Assembly: GCA_951406725.2 (NCBI GenBank)
Contig: OX597818.1
Location: forward strand, 48,794,001 to 48,858,000
DNA length: 64,000 nt
From: Octopus vulgaris
Taxonomy: Eukaryota
Direction of reading: 5' to 3'
Part shown: positions 13,241-27,526 of the stretch, one piece after another
Position numbering within the stretch: position 1 is the first letter of the stretch
Layout of the letters: each line of letters begins with the position of its first letter
Program-made: the position numbers and the translations under genes
Notes under the pieces: model-generated
Told to the model about the DNA's origin: nothing
Database searches by the model: none
The model's input: the letters and a program-made list of their open reading frames with translations, nothing else

Positions 13241-13329
13241 GTCATTATGATATCAATGCTAATGCATGTGTTACTGGAAAACCAATTACACAGGGCGGTA
13301 TCCATGGCAGAACATCTGCTACAGGACGT
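13241..13329 (+). CDS. GLUD1: Glutamate dehydrogenase exon
   Basis: poly-T..ggtag acceptor; [30 protein letters not shown]; |gtaagt. Confidence 0.96.
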
Positions 13330-13380
13330 GTAAGTAGAAATTGACTGCCTTTATTATTTTTTGTGTGTGAAACCAATATA

Positions 13381-13778
13381 TCATCATCATCGTTTAACGT
13401 CCGTTTTCCATGCTAGCATGGGTTGGAAAGTTTGACTGGGGTCTGGGAAGCCCGAAGGCTGCATCAGGCTCCAGTCTGATCTGGCAGTGTTTCTACAGCT
13501 CGATGCCCTTCCTAACACCAACCACTCCGTGAGTGTAGTGGGTACTTTTTACGTGCCACTGGCACAGGGGCCAGAGGAGGCTGGCAAACGGCCACGATCG
13601 GTTGATGCTTTTACATGTCACCAAAACGGATGCCAGTCAGGCGGCACTGGCATCTGCCACATTCGGACGGTGCTTTTTACATGTCACTGGCATCTTAACT
13701 ACAATTTCCATTTGATTTTTATTTTGATGTTGGTGTTGACGTACTTGACTCAATAGGTCTCCTCAAGAACAGCGGGTC
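13381..13778 (-). mobile_element. SINE family A
   Basis: Same consensus; starts about 50 bp after the exon donor. Confidence 0.8.
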
Positions 13779-15239
13779 ATATATATGTATATAGAACAAG
13801 TAGAAAGATAAATTTTATTCAATGCATAGATACTGAACAGTATATATATAAGGGATAAAATCCTTCTTTCTTTTCAAAAGCAGAAAAATCTGTCAGTGAC
13901 AGCCATATATATATATATTTATATTGGTTTGTCTTGGTGGCACGTAAAAAGCACCATTTTAGTGTGGTTGATGCCAGTGCTGCCTGACTGGCTCTCGTGC
14001 TGGTGGCACATAAAAAACATCCACTACATAGATATATGATCATTTAATTCTGTATTCCATGCTGGCATGGGTTGGATGGTTTGACAGGAACTGGCAAGTC
14101 AGAAGGTTGCACCTAGCTCTACTGTCTGCTTTGACATGGTTTCTATGGCTGGATGCCCTTCCTCACACCAACCACTTTACAGAGTGTACTAGGTGCTTTT
14201 AACATGGCACTAGCATGGGTGCTTTTACATGGCACAGGCATGGGCACTTTTATGTGGAACCGGCACAAGCTTTTGTGTGGCACCAGTACAGGAGCTTTTG
14301 CGGGGCATGGGTGCTTTTGCATGGCACCAGAACCTATGAGCTTACAAAAATTAGGACCTCTCAGCTGAGAGAGGGATGTAGAGGACATGCCTGTGTCTTT
14401 GGACAATTGTGATTTTTTTTGGTTGATTATATAAACCCCTAATGCTGAACTGGTACTTATTTTATTGACCCGAAAGGATGAAAAACATAGTCCATCATGG
14501 CAGAATTTGAACTCAGAAACTGGCATGAATTGGATGGTTTGACTGGAGCTGGCCTGCCAGAGAGCTGTTCAGGCTCCATTTGTTTGGTTTGGCATGGTTT
14601 CTATGGCTAGATACCCTCTTCCTAAGGTCAACCACTTTGTATGTGGCTCTGACATGGATGTTTTATACATGGAACCAGCATGATCCTATCAATGTATTAC
14701 ACTGTGTATGAAGTGTGAGTGTATGCATTTGCTTTCCCCACTCTCACATCCCAACACCCTCACCACACACCACTACACCTTACACCACCATACCACACAC
14801 CACTACACCTTACACCACCATACCACACAACACACCACCATGCACACATCAGCACTGACCACTTCCTAGACCCATATTTTCACACCTACACACACACACA
14901 TCAAAATCACCAGCCCTCTTCCACATACACATACAAACTCTCTTATAGACACGCACGCGCATCTTCGTTTTGGGATCACCACTACTCTATTATCTCCCCT
15001 TCTCCCTAGCTCTCCTGTGTGACCCTTCTGTCCAGCATTTGTCATGATGGATTGCTAGCCACTATACATTCTTTATTTTCTCTCCTTGTTTCTTTCTGTG
15101 TTCCTTTCTGTGGAAGAGTGTAGGCTCGAAATGTTATAGACTTTTTCACTTCCCGAACGTTATACTAATACATCTGTTTGTTGTCTACACCACCTGCCTT
15201 CATCTTTTGTTTTGTTGTGAATTCTCCCTGTATATATAT

Positions 15240-15484
15240 ATGTACCGGAGTAAACACATAAATGTGAAACAAGGTGGAAAAAAAAGTACTCAAATACCAG
15301 AGGTAGAGTAATATGCTTTATTTAAAGCAGCAGAAAATTCAACAAAACCTGTTACTCTGAGTTTCCCGTTGCCATTCATCGGACAGTTTTTGCTAGATTC
15401 TAGCCAAAACTGTCCGATGAACGGCAACGGGAAACTCAGAGTAACAAGTTTTGTTGAATTTTCTGCTGCTTTAAATAAAGTATA
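15240..15484. mobile_element. Palindromic PLE-like element with unpaired tail, in (TA)n
   Basis: Arms about 15312-15396 / 15400-15484; arm contains CCGATGA a cggcaacg g GAAAC; flanked by (TA)n. Confidence 0.7.
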
Positions 15485-16114
15485 TATATATATACATACA
15501 TACACACACACACACACATGTATATACACATATACTCAAACATGCACAGTTTTACTCTGTTTCCCTTAGCTAATTTGATCTAGCTTTCTCATTTCTTATA
15601 AATTTGATAATGCTATTAATTTTAAATCTGACTCCATCCAGTTCTTTGGTCTTAGCTAAAGTTTATTTTTTCTTCTCTTAAATTATGCTATTCTAGCCAA
15701 GCATGAACTTGTTTAATCTAGTACAAATTTGTGAAGTAACTAAATTTAGTTTTCACCTCTGACTGCCCCTCTTTCTAATCTGATTCTACTACCTTACAGT
15801 GATACTCCTCTCCTCTTTCTCCACAAATCATAGGTCAGCTTAAAATACTACTTACCAATTCACCCAAACATGGCACTGAAACTTTTTCCTTGTTTCTCCA
15901 TTTTATTTTTTCTTTGTATTTCAACTTTATGGATATCTTTCCTTTTTTGGTTCCCAAGCTAACTTGTCCAACTTTTACCTATTTTCCCCTCCATTATCTA
16001 TCAGCCTGTTTATCAGTCTTGCTTATTCAAAATTTTCTCTCTTTTTTTTTTGTTCTTTATTTCTCTTCTCTTTCTTTTTGAGCTTTTTCACTCCCTCTCC
16101 ATCTTTTTTCTTTT

Positions 16115-16153
<39 letters not shown>

Positions 16154-16508
16154 GTGCAGCCATCCATCCATCCATTCTCCCTCTCTTTCTCTCTCAGTTG
16201 GCTCCAATACTATCTCCTTTATATTTTTCCCTTTCCTCACTCTCCTATCTTCTTTCTCTTTTCTCTCCTTATTAACTTTTCATACTTCTCATATTACCTG
16301 TAAATTCTAAACCCGCATTCAATCACTCTCACAACTAACACTTTTGGTCACACTCCAAATCTCCCAGATAAATTGAGAACAAGTCTTGTAAGAGGAATTC
16401 ATTTCATAAATAAATCTTCTCTATTGGATGTATTGAGTACTTGTTTTTTTTTTTAATAATTTCAAACTGAACTATAACAAAACGTGTGTGTCTGTATTAA
16501 TATTAAAT

Positions 16509-17049
16509 ATGTGTATATGTATGTATATATATGTATGTATGCGTATATATATGTATATGTGTGTGTATGTATGTATGTATATATATATATATGTGTGTGT
16601 GTGTGTATGTATGTATGTGTATATATATATATATATGTGTGTGTGTATGTATGTATGTGTATATATATATATGTGTGTGTGTGTATGTATGTATGTGTAT
16701 ATATATATATGTGTGTGTGTGTATGTATGTATGTGTATATATATGTGTATATGTATTTATGTATATATGTATGTATATATATGTGTATTTATGTATATAT
16801 GTATGTATATATATGTGTATTTATGTATATATGTATGTATATATATGTATTTATGTATATATGTATGTATATATATGTGTATTTATGTATATATGTATGT
16901 ATATATGTGTATATATGTATTTATGTGTGTATTTATGTATATATGTGTATATATGTATTTATGTGTGTATATATGTATTTATGTATATATGTATGTATTT
17001 ATATATATATGTATGTATATATATGTGTGTGTGTGTGTATGTATGTGTG
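16509..17049. repeat. Compound (TA)/(TG)/TATG microsatellite
   Basis: Visible directly. Confidence 0.95.
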
Positions 17050-17534
17050 ATCTTGGCATAAGCGAAAAACTTGGAGAGTGGTTGCACAACTTCCTAAAAG
17101 ATAGATGGCAGGCAGTGATGGCCAATGGAGCCACCTCCAAGGGATCACAAATAACAAGTGGTGTTCCACAGGGCACTGTCATGGGGCCACTGCTGTTCAT
17201 AGTGGCCCTTTCAGACATGTCCTCAGTTGCTAAGATGGCCACCCTTGCTAGCTATGCAGATGACACAAAAGTCTCTCAGACAATACAAAACCCTGGAAAT
17301 ATTGCACATCTGCAACGGGATTTGGATACAAGATACAGGTGGGCTGAGGACAACAACAAACAGTTTAATGCAGGGAAGTTCCAAGCCCTGTGCTACCGGA
17401 ACACAAAGCTGAATGACATGCAGACTGGATACACTGGTCCGGGTAGAATTGCAATTCCTGAGTCAAAATCAGTGTGTGTCCTGGGCATTGACATGAGCAA
17501 TGATGCATCTTTCCAAGTGCATATTGCCAATTTG
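17046..17534 (+). mobile_element. CR1/L2-group LINE reverse-transcriptase fragment
   Basis: WLHNFLKDRWQAV..ITSGVPQGTVMGPLLFIVALSDM..SYADDTKV..LQRDLD..W..FNAGKFQ. Confidence 0.85.
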
Positions 17535-17804
17535 TGAGAAAATGTCTCCGAAAGTCATGGGTGCTGTTCTTTTTTCTGATATAACTTAATGTACACAATT
17601 ACAAAAGAACTAGTAATGGTTTCATGGATTTAAGATTGGTTAGAGATAGATGGCATGCTGTATAAATCTACCAATCTTAAAGCATGAAACTCTTAGTAGT
17701 GCTTTTATAATTGCATATAAATAATATTACTCTTACTGGATGGAGCACATTTTTATTGAGCTTACCTATAATAGGACTGTAAAGTGTATATATATATATA
17801 TATT

Positions 17805-18129
17805 GGCACTTGTGCTGGTGGCATGTGAAAAAACATTTAATCGAGGTTGTTGGCAGTGCCGCTGGACTGGCTCTTGTGCAGATGGCATGTAAAAAACACC
17901 ATTTGAGTGTAGCCGTTGCCAGTACCGCCTGACTGGCCATTGTGCCAGTGGCACATAAAAGCACCCACTACACTTTCAGAGTGGTTGGCGTTAGGAAGGG
18001 CATCCAACTGTAGAAACTCTGCCCGATCAAGATTGGAGCCTGGTGCAGCCATCTGGTTCGTCAATCCTCAGTCAAATTGTCCAACCCATGCTAGCATGGA
18101 AAGTGGACGTTAAACGATGATGATGATGA
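17805..18129 (+). mobile_element. SINE family A
   Basis: Consensus body and (atg)n tail. Confidence 0.8.
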
Positions 18130-18616
18130 ATGAAATTAAAAATGTAAAATTGTATACATATAAGAATTTTACTGTAAAAATAGTGGAAATTTACATAAAG
18201 AAAAATAAATATATTACTGCAAAGTTTTCATATAAAAAAAGATTTACTGAATGAATTATTCAATGCATATTTTAACCTTTCCCTGTAAAATTTTGTTGGT
18301 TAAAACATGCATTAAAATCTATTTAGTAAAATGTTTTTTTATATGCACTAAAATTTATTCATGAAAACATTTTTTTTATACATAAACTTTAAAGTAAGAT
18401 GTGATTCTCTTTTTGTAAAATGCACTTTGTGACAGTGTAGACTAATATTTTCGTAGTAAAACTTTTATATGAAAACACTTTTTATATACAAAACTGAATT
18501 TTATGTCTTTCTTTTCATATGTATGTGTGTGTGTAGATAGAAAGATAATAGGAATGTTGACTTCCTATATTAAAAAATAAACATTCTTTTTATTTTTCCT
18601 GTATGTGTGTGTTATG

Positions 18617-18661
<45 letters not shown>

Positions 18662-18773
18662 ATGTGTGTGTTATGTATGTATATATATATATATATATTT
18701 GTATGTGTGTGTATATATATCATCATCATCATCATCATCATTGTTTAACGTCCGCCTTCCATGCTAGCGTGTA

Positions 18774-19021
18774 TAGTGGGGTGCAAAAGTAGGTATACAG
18801 TGAGTATCACATCAATGTTATGATACTTAATTCATTAAAATTATTAGCACATTAAATTATTTAACCTCATTTTTTATATTTTCAGTGTCATTAATCATAA
18901 GACATTTGTCATAACTATGATACTAATACTTTTATCGTAAACTTAAAATTTTTTTGATAAAAATGAGTATCATACATGTTTTCTTTTTTCATAACTGTAT
19001 ACCTACTTTTGTACCATCCTG
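18774..19021. mobile_element. Tc1/mariner-type MITE
   Basis: TIRs tagtggggtgcaaaagtaggtatacag / ctgtatacctacttttgtaccatcctg flanked by TA. Confidence 0.7.
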
Positions 19022-19239
19022 TATATATACATATATAGTGGCTTGGAGTTTAACTGCTCTTTCTAGTGAGTCAGATATCCTATTCTTTGGGTATCTCTTT
19101 TGTGTTTGAATGTACACTGTATTCTTCTCTGAATAATATATAGTCTATTAACTAATTTTTCCTTCTCACTAGACCACTGGTAACTAAGAATTTTTTCAAT
19201 AAATATTCTTGCTACCCTAAGATTTTAATTAATTATAAT

Positions 19240-19288
<49 letters not shown>

Positions 19289-20535
19289 CATACATGCATG
19301 CATGCATGCATGCATGCATGCATGCAGACACTGAGAAGTGATAAATTGCACAGGAAGAGGAGACCCCCTTCGGTCATGAATGACCATGGGATTGCACCTA
19401 GAAAGTTACCCTCTGAGGCACAAGTCTGGGCAAATTGCACAACTCTACACATAAATGTAGAGTGTTCTTTAATACATTAAAACTGAGAAGGTCAGACTTT
19501 TTAGTACTTCGAGTCTCATATTTCCAATCTTTCAATTGATAATCTAAGCCTGTTTTCTTGTTGAATTATCTGTTGTTTGAATATATTTTGAAATCTTATA
19601 TGTAAGTTATCAAGTAAATCTTTATCTCTTATGTTCTTTTCAAAACTTTGTGTCAGCGATACATGTAAAAATAGCTGTTTTAAGCTCATACTATGCCTTT
19701 CATTGCTGGCTCTCATGGAAATATTCTCTCCTTCTCATATGTGTGTTTTTGTAAACATTCATGTGTGTGTATGTATTTGTATTAGTAAACATTCGTGTAT
19801 GAATTTGTATATTTAAACATTCACATGTGTGTATGTGTTTGTTTTCTTTTGATTGTTAAGTTTTTGTAGGATTCAATTCAGTCACTAACAGTGACAAGGG
19901 TTCTTTATTTTTTTGGTTTGAAGTGGGGGCAGTTTTGAGGATTTGTAATTATGGCTCGAACATGGTTGTGTGGTAAGAAGTTTGTTTCCCATCCACATGG
20001 TTCTGGGTTCAATCTCAATGCATGGTACTTTGGGCAAGTGCCTTCTACTGTAACCTCAGGCTGACCAAAACCAAATGAGTGGATTTGATGTGTTAATGTG
20101 CATCAGTGTTTGTCTCCCACCACCATTTGACAACTGGTATTGATGTGTTTACATCTCTGTGAGTAAGTAGTTCAGTAAAAGAGACTGATAGAATAAGTAC
20201 CAGGCTTAAGAAAATATGTACTGGGGTCAATTCATTCAGAAAAACTCCAAGACTGCATTCAGAAAAAACTCTACATGGCTGTGGTCTTATGACTGAAACC
20301 AGTAAAATATAAAAGAATGTGGGTCCATGTATGCATACATTTAGGTGTATTGGTGGATATGCTTGCACTTACTTAACAGGTGTTTCATGTGGTATGTCCC
20401 CTCCAGCAGATTTGTTACATGTATGCCATATGGATGTACAGGATTGTGTGTTTCACGAAACTCAATGGAAGAATATTTTTAATATTTTACAGATCTTTAT
20501 TTTTCCACTACATCTATCTTTCACTGTCTATTTAG

Positions 20536-20932
20536 TTTACTCTTTACTCTCTTTACTCTTCAGTCATTTGACTGTGGCCATGCTTGAGCACCGCCTTTAG
20601 TCGAGCAAATCGACCCCAGGACTTATTCTTTGTAAGCCTAGTACTTATTCTATCGGTCTCTTTTGCTGAACCACTAAGTTATGGGGACGTAAACACACCA
20701 ACATTGGTTGTCAAGTGATGTTGGTGGGGACAAACACACACACACACACACATATATATGCATATATATGACAGGCTTCTTTCAGTTTCCGTCTACCAAA
20801 TCCACTCACAAGGCTTTGGTTGGCCTGAGGCTATAGTAGAAGATACTTGCCCAAGGTGGTACGCAGTGGGACTGAACCCGGAACCATGTGGTTGGTAAGC
20901 AAGCTACTTACCACACAGCCACTCCTACGCCG
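20536..20932 (-). mobile_element. tRNA-derived SINE family B
   Basis: Minus-strand head ggcgtaggagtggctgtgtggtaagtagcttgct..gggttcagtccc, internal (TG)n, tail aagagtaaagag. Confidence 0.8.
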
Positions 20933-21792
20933 CCTTCATTTTATTTTAATATCATGGACAAGGCCATGCTGGAGCGTCTCTTTTGTTGTTGAATGTTCTG
21001 TATCTTTTATGTATTTGGGTGTATGCATATCATCATCATCGTTTAACATCTGCTTTCCATGCTGGCATGGGTTGGATGGTTTAACGGGCTAGCCAAGCAG
21101 AAAAATGCACCAGACTTCTGTGTTTGTTTTGGTATGGTTTTTATGGCTGGATACCCTTCCTAACACCAACCACCCCACAGAGTGGACTGAGTGTTTTTTA
21201 TATGACTCCAGCACAGGCAAGGTCAGTTTTGACATGATTTTTACAGCTGGATGTCCTTCCAAATGCCAATGTTTATAGAAACACAACTAAATTATGTTGG
21301 ACTTCAATGCAAATTATACTTAAATGGGTAAAATTCATTTGTTCTTTAACATACATGTGTATAGACATGTGTACATATATACAACAAGTTTATCAAACCA
21401 AGTGCGTTTATCAAGAACACCATGACTAGAGAAAATCTCTTTTTAGATCAAGATTTACTCTAATCCAGTACAGGTGAGATAAAACAGCAGTTGAAGTATT
21501 ATAATCAATCAAAAATAAGCTCTAGTTACCGAAAAAATACATAGCGAGCATTCTGCATTAGTTATTGGTGCATTAAGTGTTTTGTTCAAAGCTGCATCAA
21601 ATTACTAAATACGTCAGTGAATTTTTTAGCCACCAGAAATGTGCTAAGCATATAAAGTAGTCTACTTAATCCCTTATAAGGAATGTTTCCATTTGACAAT
21701 GAAAGTTTGACTGTGAAAGAGAATACATGGTCATTGATGAAATCCCAATACAGGATTGTAACAAGATAGGCTTTCCTGTTTTCATCTATACT

Positions 21793-22186
21793 CTTACTCT
21801 TTTACCTGTTTCAGTCATTTGACTGCGGCCATGCTGGAGCACCGCCTTTAATCGAGCAACTCGACCCCGGGACTTATTCTTTTTGTAAGCCCAGTACTTA
21901 TTCTATCAGTCTCTTTTGCCGAACCGCTAAGTAACGGGGACATAAACACACCAGCATCAGTTGTCAAGCAATGCTAGGGGGACAAACACACACACATACA
22001 TATATATATATATACATATATACAACAGGCTTCTTTCAATTTCCGTCTACCAAATCCACTCACAAGGCATTGGTCGGCCCAGGGCTATAGCAGAAGACAC
22101 TTGCCCAAGATGCCACGCAGTGGGACTGAACCTGGAACCATGTGGTTGGTTAGCAAGTTACTTACCACACAGCCACTCCTGCGCCT
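21793..22186 (-). mobile_element. SINE family B
   Basis: Full-length match to 20536 copy. Confidence 0.8.
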
Positions 22187-22978
22187 ATAATATCTATGAA
22201 GATATTATATATAAGAACATGATGTTTATCTCTGTCTCTACATACAGTGTTGGTTGAAAATCATTATACCCTGTAGTACAACAGGATAGCATTGAAACAA
22301 ACCATTGTTAATGCAGCAGTAATTTATTAATTACTTAGCTACCTAAAATATGTGAATTGGTCTGTCTGATTTTACTTGAAGCATTAGTAATAGCAGGTTT
22401 ATGAGCACCAGTACAGCTATGGCTGTGTGGTAAGAAGTTTGCTTCTCACTCATAAGGTTTTGCATTCAGTCCCACTGCATTACACATTGAGCAAGTATCT
22501 CCTATTATAGCCTGAAGCCAACCAAAACATTGTGAGTGGATTTGGTGGACAGAAATTGAAAGAAGCTGTGTGTGCATGTGTGTGTTACTGTCTCCTTGCC
22601 TTGATATCATGTGATAGTTGTAAAGGAGTGTCACTGTTGTGCAAGTCGTGTCCTTTATCAAATTTTTGTGAAAACATGTCTGGTCATAAGGAAATATTAG
22701 CTTACTTGGAAATAGGTGGATGTTTGTTACAGAAAGAACATCTGCTGTAGAAAATCTGCCTCAACAATTTCTGTCTGACCCATGTGAGCATCAGAAAGTA
22801 GATGTTAAAACAATGATGTTTCCCTGGGCAGTTACAGAGGATAGTTGGTTGCCAATGAAATCCCAACACAAGGTTGAAACAATCTGATCAGCTGGTTTGT
22901 CTTTTTCGTCCATAAAGATATTGTGTATAAAGACAAGGTGTTTACTTCTATTTAAGCATACAATTTTGAGTAAAACAA

Positions 22979-23237
22979 TCATCATCGTTCGTTTAACGTC
23001 CACTTTCCATGCTAGCATGGGTTGGACGGTTCGACTGGGGTCTGGGAAGCCAGGAGGCTGCACCAGGCCCAGTCTGATCTGATAGTGTTTCTACAGCTGG
23101 ATGCCCTTCCTAACACCAACCACTCCGTGAGTGTAGTGGGTGCTTTTTACGTGCCACCGGCACAGGTGCCAGGCGGGCTGGCAATGGCCATGATCGGTTG
23201 GTGCTTTTTATGTGCCCCCAGCACGGAGGCCAGTCTA
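22979..23237 (-). mobile_element. SINE family A
   Basis: Consensus body. Confidence 0.75.
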
Positions 23238-23514
23238 GAGGTATATTCTGTACTTCAGTATAACATTGTACAAAGCATAGATTTTCTTTTACTTCATGTT
23301 GGCCAATCTCTTTAGATAGAAATGATGAGAGAGAAAAAAGGAAGAACTGTTTATTTCTGAAGATTGCATAATAGCTTGCTTAAAGTGCTCTGCAAGCTGA
23401 GTACTTTTAAGATCATTATACTCATAGTTGAAAGAGCATTATACTATTGTGTGTGTGTGTATCCCTACAAGTATAGAGCAGTGAATGTTAAATGCCGATG
23501 ATGATGATGGTATA

Positions 23515-23745
23515 GCGGCGAGCTGGCAGAAACGTTAGCACACTGCGAAATGCGTAGCTGTATTTCGTCTGCTGTTGCGTTCTGAGTTCAAATTCCGCCA
23601 AGGTCAACTTTGTCTTTCATCCTTTCGGAGTCGATAAATCAAGTACCAGTTACGCACTGGGTCAATATAATTGACTTAATCCCTTTGTCTGTCCTTGTTT
23701 GTCTCCTCTGTGTTTAGCCCCTTGTGGGTAGTAAAGAAATAGGTA
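23515..23745 (+). mobile_element. SINE family C (Meta-domain-like core)
   Basis: gcggcgagctggcagaaacgttagc..gagttcaaattcc..ggtcaactttgtctttcatcctttcggagtcgataaa. Confidence 0.7.
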
Positions 23746-23921
23746 TAGCTGAAAGAGTATTATACCACTGTGTGTGTAACACACACATACACTCTCTCTT
23801 TGTATTTTTCTTAAAGAAGGAACATTTCTCTCCATGAAAAACACTACTTTAACTACTGTGATGACTATTGATATAATAAAATATGGTATAATTCATGTCT
23901 TATTTAATTTTTTTTCTTCAG

Positions 23922-24020
23922 GGTGTCTTTCATGGAATCCAGAATTTTACAGAAGAAGCTTCATATATGAGTATGATTGGATGCACTCCTGGCCTTGGGG
24001 ACAAAACCTTCATTATCCAG
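23922..24020 (+). CDS. GLUD1: Glutamate dehydrogenase exon
   Basis: ttcttcag acceptor; [33 protein letters not shown]; CAG|gttact. Confidence 0.95.
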
Positions 24021-25399
24021 GTTACTTCTTGATTATTTTTGTTTATTGATCTTTGTGATGCATATTTCTTTGAATTTGCCAGAAGTATATAAACAGTGTA
24101 AAATGTCCATGCAACAAAACTTGCCTAAGCTAGAAGCCCCAAAATAAATATTATCCTAACCATAATTAGAATCCTAGTGAAGGATAATCACCGTAACCTA
24201 AGAAACTAAGAACCCTTCAACAAGTTCAAACTTGCAAAAATAAAGGACAACTTAAAACTATGAGATTATACAATGTAAAACATTCCACAGGTAACAAGCA
24301 TGTCAAATATATTCCCATCATCAGCTGCCTTGTGGATATCATTATGGTTTTTGAACCTGGGCAGTACCATTCAATCCAGCAGTTTCAACAGTGCTAAAAA
24401 TGCTGCCTGGGAAGTAATAGGCAAGAAGCAGGAGCATTAGTATATATCCATTACATCTACATCATCATCATTTAACGTCCGATTTCCATGCTAGAGAATG
24501 TGTTTCTGTCTGTCTGTGTGAATCCCTAAAACTTCAGAACTACACAACCAACTTCATTCAAATTTTACATATGCCTTACTTAGGGTCCATGCAGTGTCAT
24601 GGGCCCAAAAAGTTTCAACTTCTTGCCTAATGTGAGCCCAGAGCAATCTCTTATCTCTTACACTATTTCAGTATTTCAGTCTCTATTGTAATGTGAGATA
24701 AAATACTTTCAGTTTGAAAGAAGTCTGTCCTTTATATATATATATATTCCTATTTCTTATGTATTCCAAAACCGAGTTACCAATTTTAACGTATGGGGTA
24801 TCAAAAGATTCAGTGCTACTTTCGCTACAAACTAAACTTAATTTTCATTCACATACAAACAACAATTTTAAATATATATTGTTTTATACTTAAAGCTACA
24901 AAGCATAATCAGAACAATCTTAAGCTAAGAACATTACTTAATGTTCCAGTAAATCTGACTCAAAACAGTTTGATTTATTTGATTACTGATTGATTAGTTA
25001 GTGTGATAAAAGCTACTCAATGATGAAACATTTATTCCACCCAGTCCTATGCAAATATCTGAATATTTAGAAATGTTTACTTATACTACCATTGATGTTT
25101 AAAAAACAAAAATAAGCAAAACAGCTCTATTGCATTTATGTAATATTTTTTTAATATTTACTATATTTCTAAATTTTTCCTAAGTTTTTTTTTTTGTTGG
25201 AAAATTCCAGACATTTTCGAGTAATTTTTGTACATTAATAAATAACCTATATTAAAATCATTTGTCTATTATTGTTAAGAAAATAATTGTTTTACATTGT
25301 ATGTGGGTGTTTTCCAAATTTAGTTTAGTTAATTCTATTTTTATTATGTCAAAAGAAGACTATTATTTATATCATATTCACCTCATTGTATCATTTAGA

Positions 25400-25740
25400 A
25401 TGTGTCGCTTTTTTTATATTGTCATTGTTTCTTGGGTTTCTGAGTTCAACAAACATCTGTCCTCATTTATCACAGAGGTTTAGTTTCAAAAAGAAAAAAA
25501 AAACAAAAAACAGTGATAAATGAATAATCTCCATTCACTTTATAAATAGAATGAAGGATAGATTCAGTGGCTCATAGCCTGCAGCAGTGAAACTTCCACC
25601 ATCGTGTATTTTCTTGATCATCACAACCTTCTCTGGTAGTGAATACGTTCATCTGTATTGTTTGTTAGAATCAGGCATCTTCATATTTCTTCTGTCCGTT
25701 GGTGGCATGTTGTTGGGCATTAGTACATGAATCTATAAAA
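25400..25740 (-). pseudogene. Degenerate pogo/Tigger-like transposase N-terminal HTH remnant
   Basis: Minus strand KQYR*TYSLPEKVVMIKKIHDGGSFTAAGYE then ESILHSIYK in another frame; resembles the CENP-B/psq HTH. Confidence 0.45.
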
Positions 25741-26037
25741 AAAATATGCAGCCTTACAATATGGTGATGTAAACACAAGCAATTGTTAGTGCATTCTTTG
25801 CAGCTGAGCATTGTGGATGGTTACTGCATTTTTTGCTGTACAAGCAGAATATTCAACTGACCACTGACCCATGTTTTTACAGGTCAATCTGTGAGAAGTG
25901 TGACATAGGTTACAATTGAGTGTACTTTGTTATCTTGGATCAGTGATAAACGAGACTGCATTACATTTTATTTCAAACTTTCTTGTCAGAATATTGGCAC
26001 TTGATCTATGTTTTATTTAAAATACATTAAGCATATA

Positions 26038-26598
26038 CAGGCACAGGAGTGGCTGTTTGGTCCAAAGAAATTGTATTTTTTGTAAGAGGGTTATTACCTC
26101 AATTTATGTATTTTGGAGGGAAAAAATGTTTTAGAGAAGCAGAGAGTCGGTGGGTGCCTTCTGCCTTCTCCCATCTTTATCATTTTTCATCATAATCATC
26201 CGCTTCATTAATGTTTATGTCTAGCCCGCAATCTACTCTGTGTAATGCCTTTATGGCAAATTTCTATGAAATGAAATAAAGTAGCTTGCTAACCAACCAC
26301 AAGTTTCTGGGTTTAGTCCCACTGCATGGCACCTTGGACAAGTGTCTTCTACAATAGCCTCGGGCTATATATATTTATATATATATATATATATATATTT
26401 GTGTGTCCATGTTTGTCCCCCAACATCGCTTGACAATCGATGCTGGTGTGCTCACGTCCCCATAACTTAGCGGTTTGGCAAAAGAGACCGATAGAATAAG
26501 TACTAGGCTTACAAAGATTAAGCCTTGGGGTTGATTTGTTCGACTAAAGGCGGTGCTCCAGCATGGCCACAGTCAAGATGAATGAAACAAGTAAAAGA
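26038..26598 (+). mobile_element. SINE family B interrupted by an insert of about 220 bp (26061-26280)
   Basis: Head gcacaggagtggctgtttgg resumes at aagtagcttgct; insert ends tgtaatgcctttatggcaaattt..aataaa (LINE-like 3' end). Confidence 0.7.
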
Positions 26599-27526
26599 AA
26601 GTTTCATTGACTTATTCAAACTTTGCTTGCAAATATTGTTTACAAATGATCATCATCATCCTCATTTAATGTCCCTCTTCCATGCTGGCATGGGTTGGAC
26701 AATTTCACAGGAGCTGGTAAGCCAGAGGACAGTACCAGGCTCCACTGCTTTGGCATGGCTTTTATGGCTGGGTGTTCTTCCGAATGCCAACAGAGTGCAA
26801 TGGGTGCTTGGTGACTCGCAAGACAAGAATCCTTTGAGGTGTAGGGGTGAGGGTATTGAAACAGGTCTGTTTTAAGAGGTTAGAGTATGAGTAGAGGGAC
26901 AAACAAGCGTCTTGCTGTAGAGGAAATACATGGTTACTCCAATCAGAGGGAGGGAAGGAGAGAGAGAGAAAGGGGGTGATAGATGAATAAAGAAGGAAGG
27001 GGTGATGGTAAACTGGTAGTGGGAGCATTTCAACTCTGTGTGAGTGTATGTGTATGTAAAAGGGAGGTATGCGAATGTTTGTGTGTGTGTGCAATGGAAG
27101 TAGGATGGTGAACATTCAACGCTGAAAAGAAAAATCAAACAGCGTTTCAACTCTGTGAGTATATGTGTGTATGTGTACAAGGGAAATATGTGAATGTAAG
27201 TGTGAACCAGCATTTTTTTCAGTAACAAACGATGATCGATGTCACATCTCAAAAGACAACCACTAGATAACATTGACAAGTGTATTAATTTGATTTACCA
27301 TCCATATTTATATATAAAATACTACAACTAGCTGTCATTTTTGACAGCATGGGGCCAGCTTGTTCAAAATAAAGTGAAAAAATAAGCATTACATTTTACA
27401 GTGTAATCTGAATGCTAAAGGGTTAAAAAAAACTGTCCAGAGATATTTTACAGCGAGTTAAAAGCATGCTCACCAAAGGATGTCAAAGACACCACCATTG
27501 TACTTAGATTTCATTTGTTTTAAAGA

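Noticed and set aside
17535-17600. Inverted CR1-like fragment abutting the RT fragment as a twin-priming inversion
   Set aside because: Fragments are tail-to-tail and short, not the head-to-head geometry expected; more likely independent relics
25566-25745. Antisense nested gene exon (tttttatag acceptor-like site on minus strand)
   Set aside because: All three frames contain stops; better explained as a pogo/Tigger HTH relic
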